The translations under genes were made by a program, and so were the position numbers. From Eledone cirrhosa (lineage: Eukaryota), in contig OZ024740.1 of NCBI GenBank assembly GCA_964016885.1, positions 30,380,001 to 30,444,000 of the forward strand: a DNA stretch of 64,000 bases, given 5' to 3'. Every line of letters begins with the position of its first letter. Position 1 is the stretch's first letter. The notes under the pieces are model-generated. The model had not been told where the DNA came from and ran no database searches. It worked only from the letters and a program-made list of their open reading frames with translations. Below are positions 63,294 through 64,000 of the stretch, piece by piece.

Positions 63294-63297
<4 letters not shown>
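62461..63297 (-). mobile_element. Non-coding hammerhead-bearing element, ~634-bp unit with ~200-bp terminal direct repeats, inserted in (TA)n
   Basis: 62461-62662 is approximately equal to 63095-63297; (TA)n on both sides. Confidence 0.85.
62715..62792 (-). ncRNA. Type I hammerhead ribozyme (near-canonical)
   Basis: GCTCTG CTGATGA tCGA-loop-TCGt GAA ATAGTCTT t AAGACTAT A^CAGAGC. Perfect 6-bp stem I, long stem III, U.U mismatch at the base of stem II. Confidence 0.8.
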
Positions 63298-63337
<40 letters not shown>

Positions 63338-63847
63338 GTCTACGATTTCACAGAACTTACGTTCACCGAATTCACAGACTAGATCCCTTCTTCCTCCCGT
63401 TAGACCTGTACGGAATTCCTTCCTTGCTCACATTCCAACCAGGTTTGATGGTCTTTATTCTCTCATTCACGATTTCACCGAACTTATATTCATGGAAATT
63501 TGGGACTTGACTCCTTCTTCCTCACTTTTCGTTGCTTCACCATCTTTGTTTGTTTACACTCTCGTGTCCTCTTTATTTACGTGTCCCAACGACTTTTTTT
63601 AGCTGTTGCTCGCACCAACCGGAGGTATATGGTCTTTAAAGCGATGAAATACCAATGATGGTTGGAAGATCACTGATGAAGGACTAACTTTATTCATATA
63701 TATATACTGGTTGGATAATCTCAACCTATGGACTGGACTTGATCTTTGCTCTTTAAACTCTGCTGCTGGTGATCGAACTTTGTGGAGAAAAATATCTCAT
63801 GTTGATGCGCAGTCTGCAACTGGTGGAGTTTAGCGTCAAAGCGTATA

Positions 63848-64000
63848 ATCATCATCATCATCATTTTACGTCCACTTTTCCCTGCTTACAAGGGTGGGAC
63901 GGGAACTGATTCTGGCTTGATTTTTACAGCAGGATACCCTTCCTAACACCAACCTCATTTACAGTGAGTGCTGGGTGCTTTTTTGCCATGGCACCTCCAC
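63848..64000 (-). mobile_element. CORE-type SINE B 3' part (runs off the window)
   Basis: (ATC)n plus ttttacgtcc... matches the 16088 copy. Confidence 0.85.

Overview
AT-rich, repeat-dense animal genomic DNA. The microsatellite density and SINE/LINE repertoire suggest a coleoid cephalopod such as octopus (inference only). Main content: (1) A minus-strand, intron-containing MRM1-like gene (SpoU-family mitochondrial rRNA 2'-O-methyltransferase) runs from about 25.1 kb off the left edge. It carries an AT donor, an AA acceptor, in-frame stops and a motif-I Arg>Cys change, so it is probably an unprocessed pseudogene. (2) A 3.46-kb LTR retrotransposon in one of its introns has a 5-bp TSD, a primer-binding site complementary to the 5' 12 nt of tRNA-Phe, a GGGAAAC plus pseudoknot -1 frameshift signal, and a deleted integrase core. 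(3) A 23.8-kb array of about 485 49-bp monomers and an adjacent 44-bp purine array both derive from one dispersed repeat whose single-monomer versions are also in the window. (4) There are several hammerhead-ribozyme (HHR) Penelope/retrozyme-like elements, including a terminally redundant ~634-bp unit and fold-backs whose arms start at the predicted cleavage site. (5) The rest is SINEs, CR1/RTE LINE fragments, MITEs and minisatellites. All alignments were done by eye and no database searches were run.
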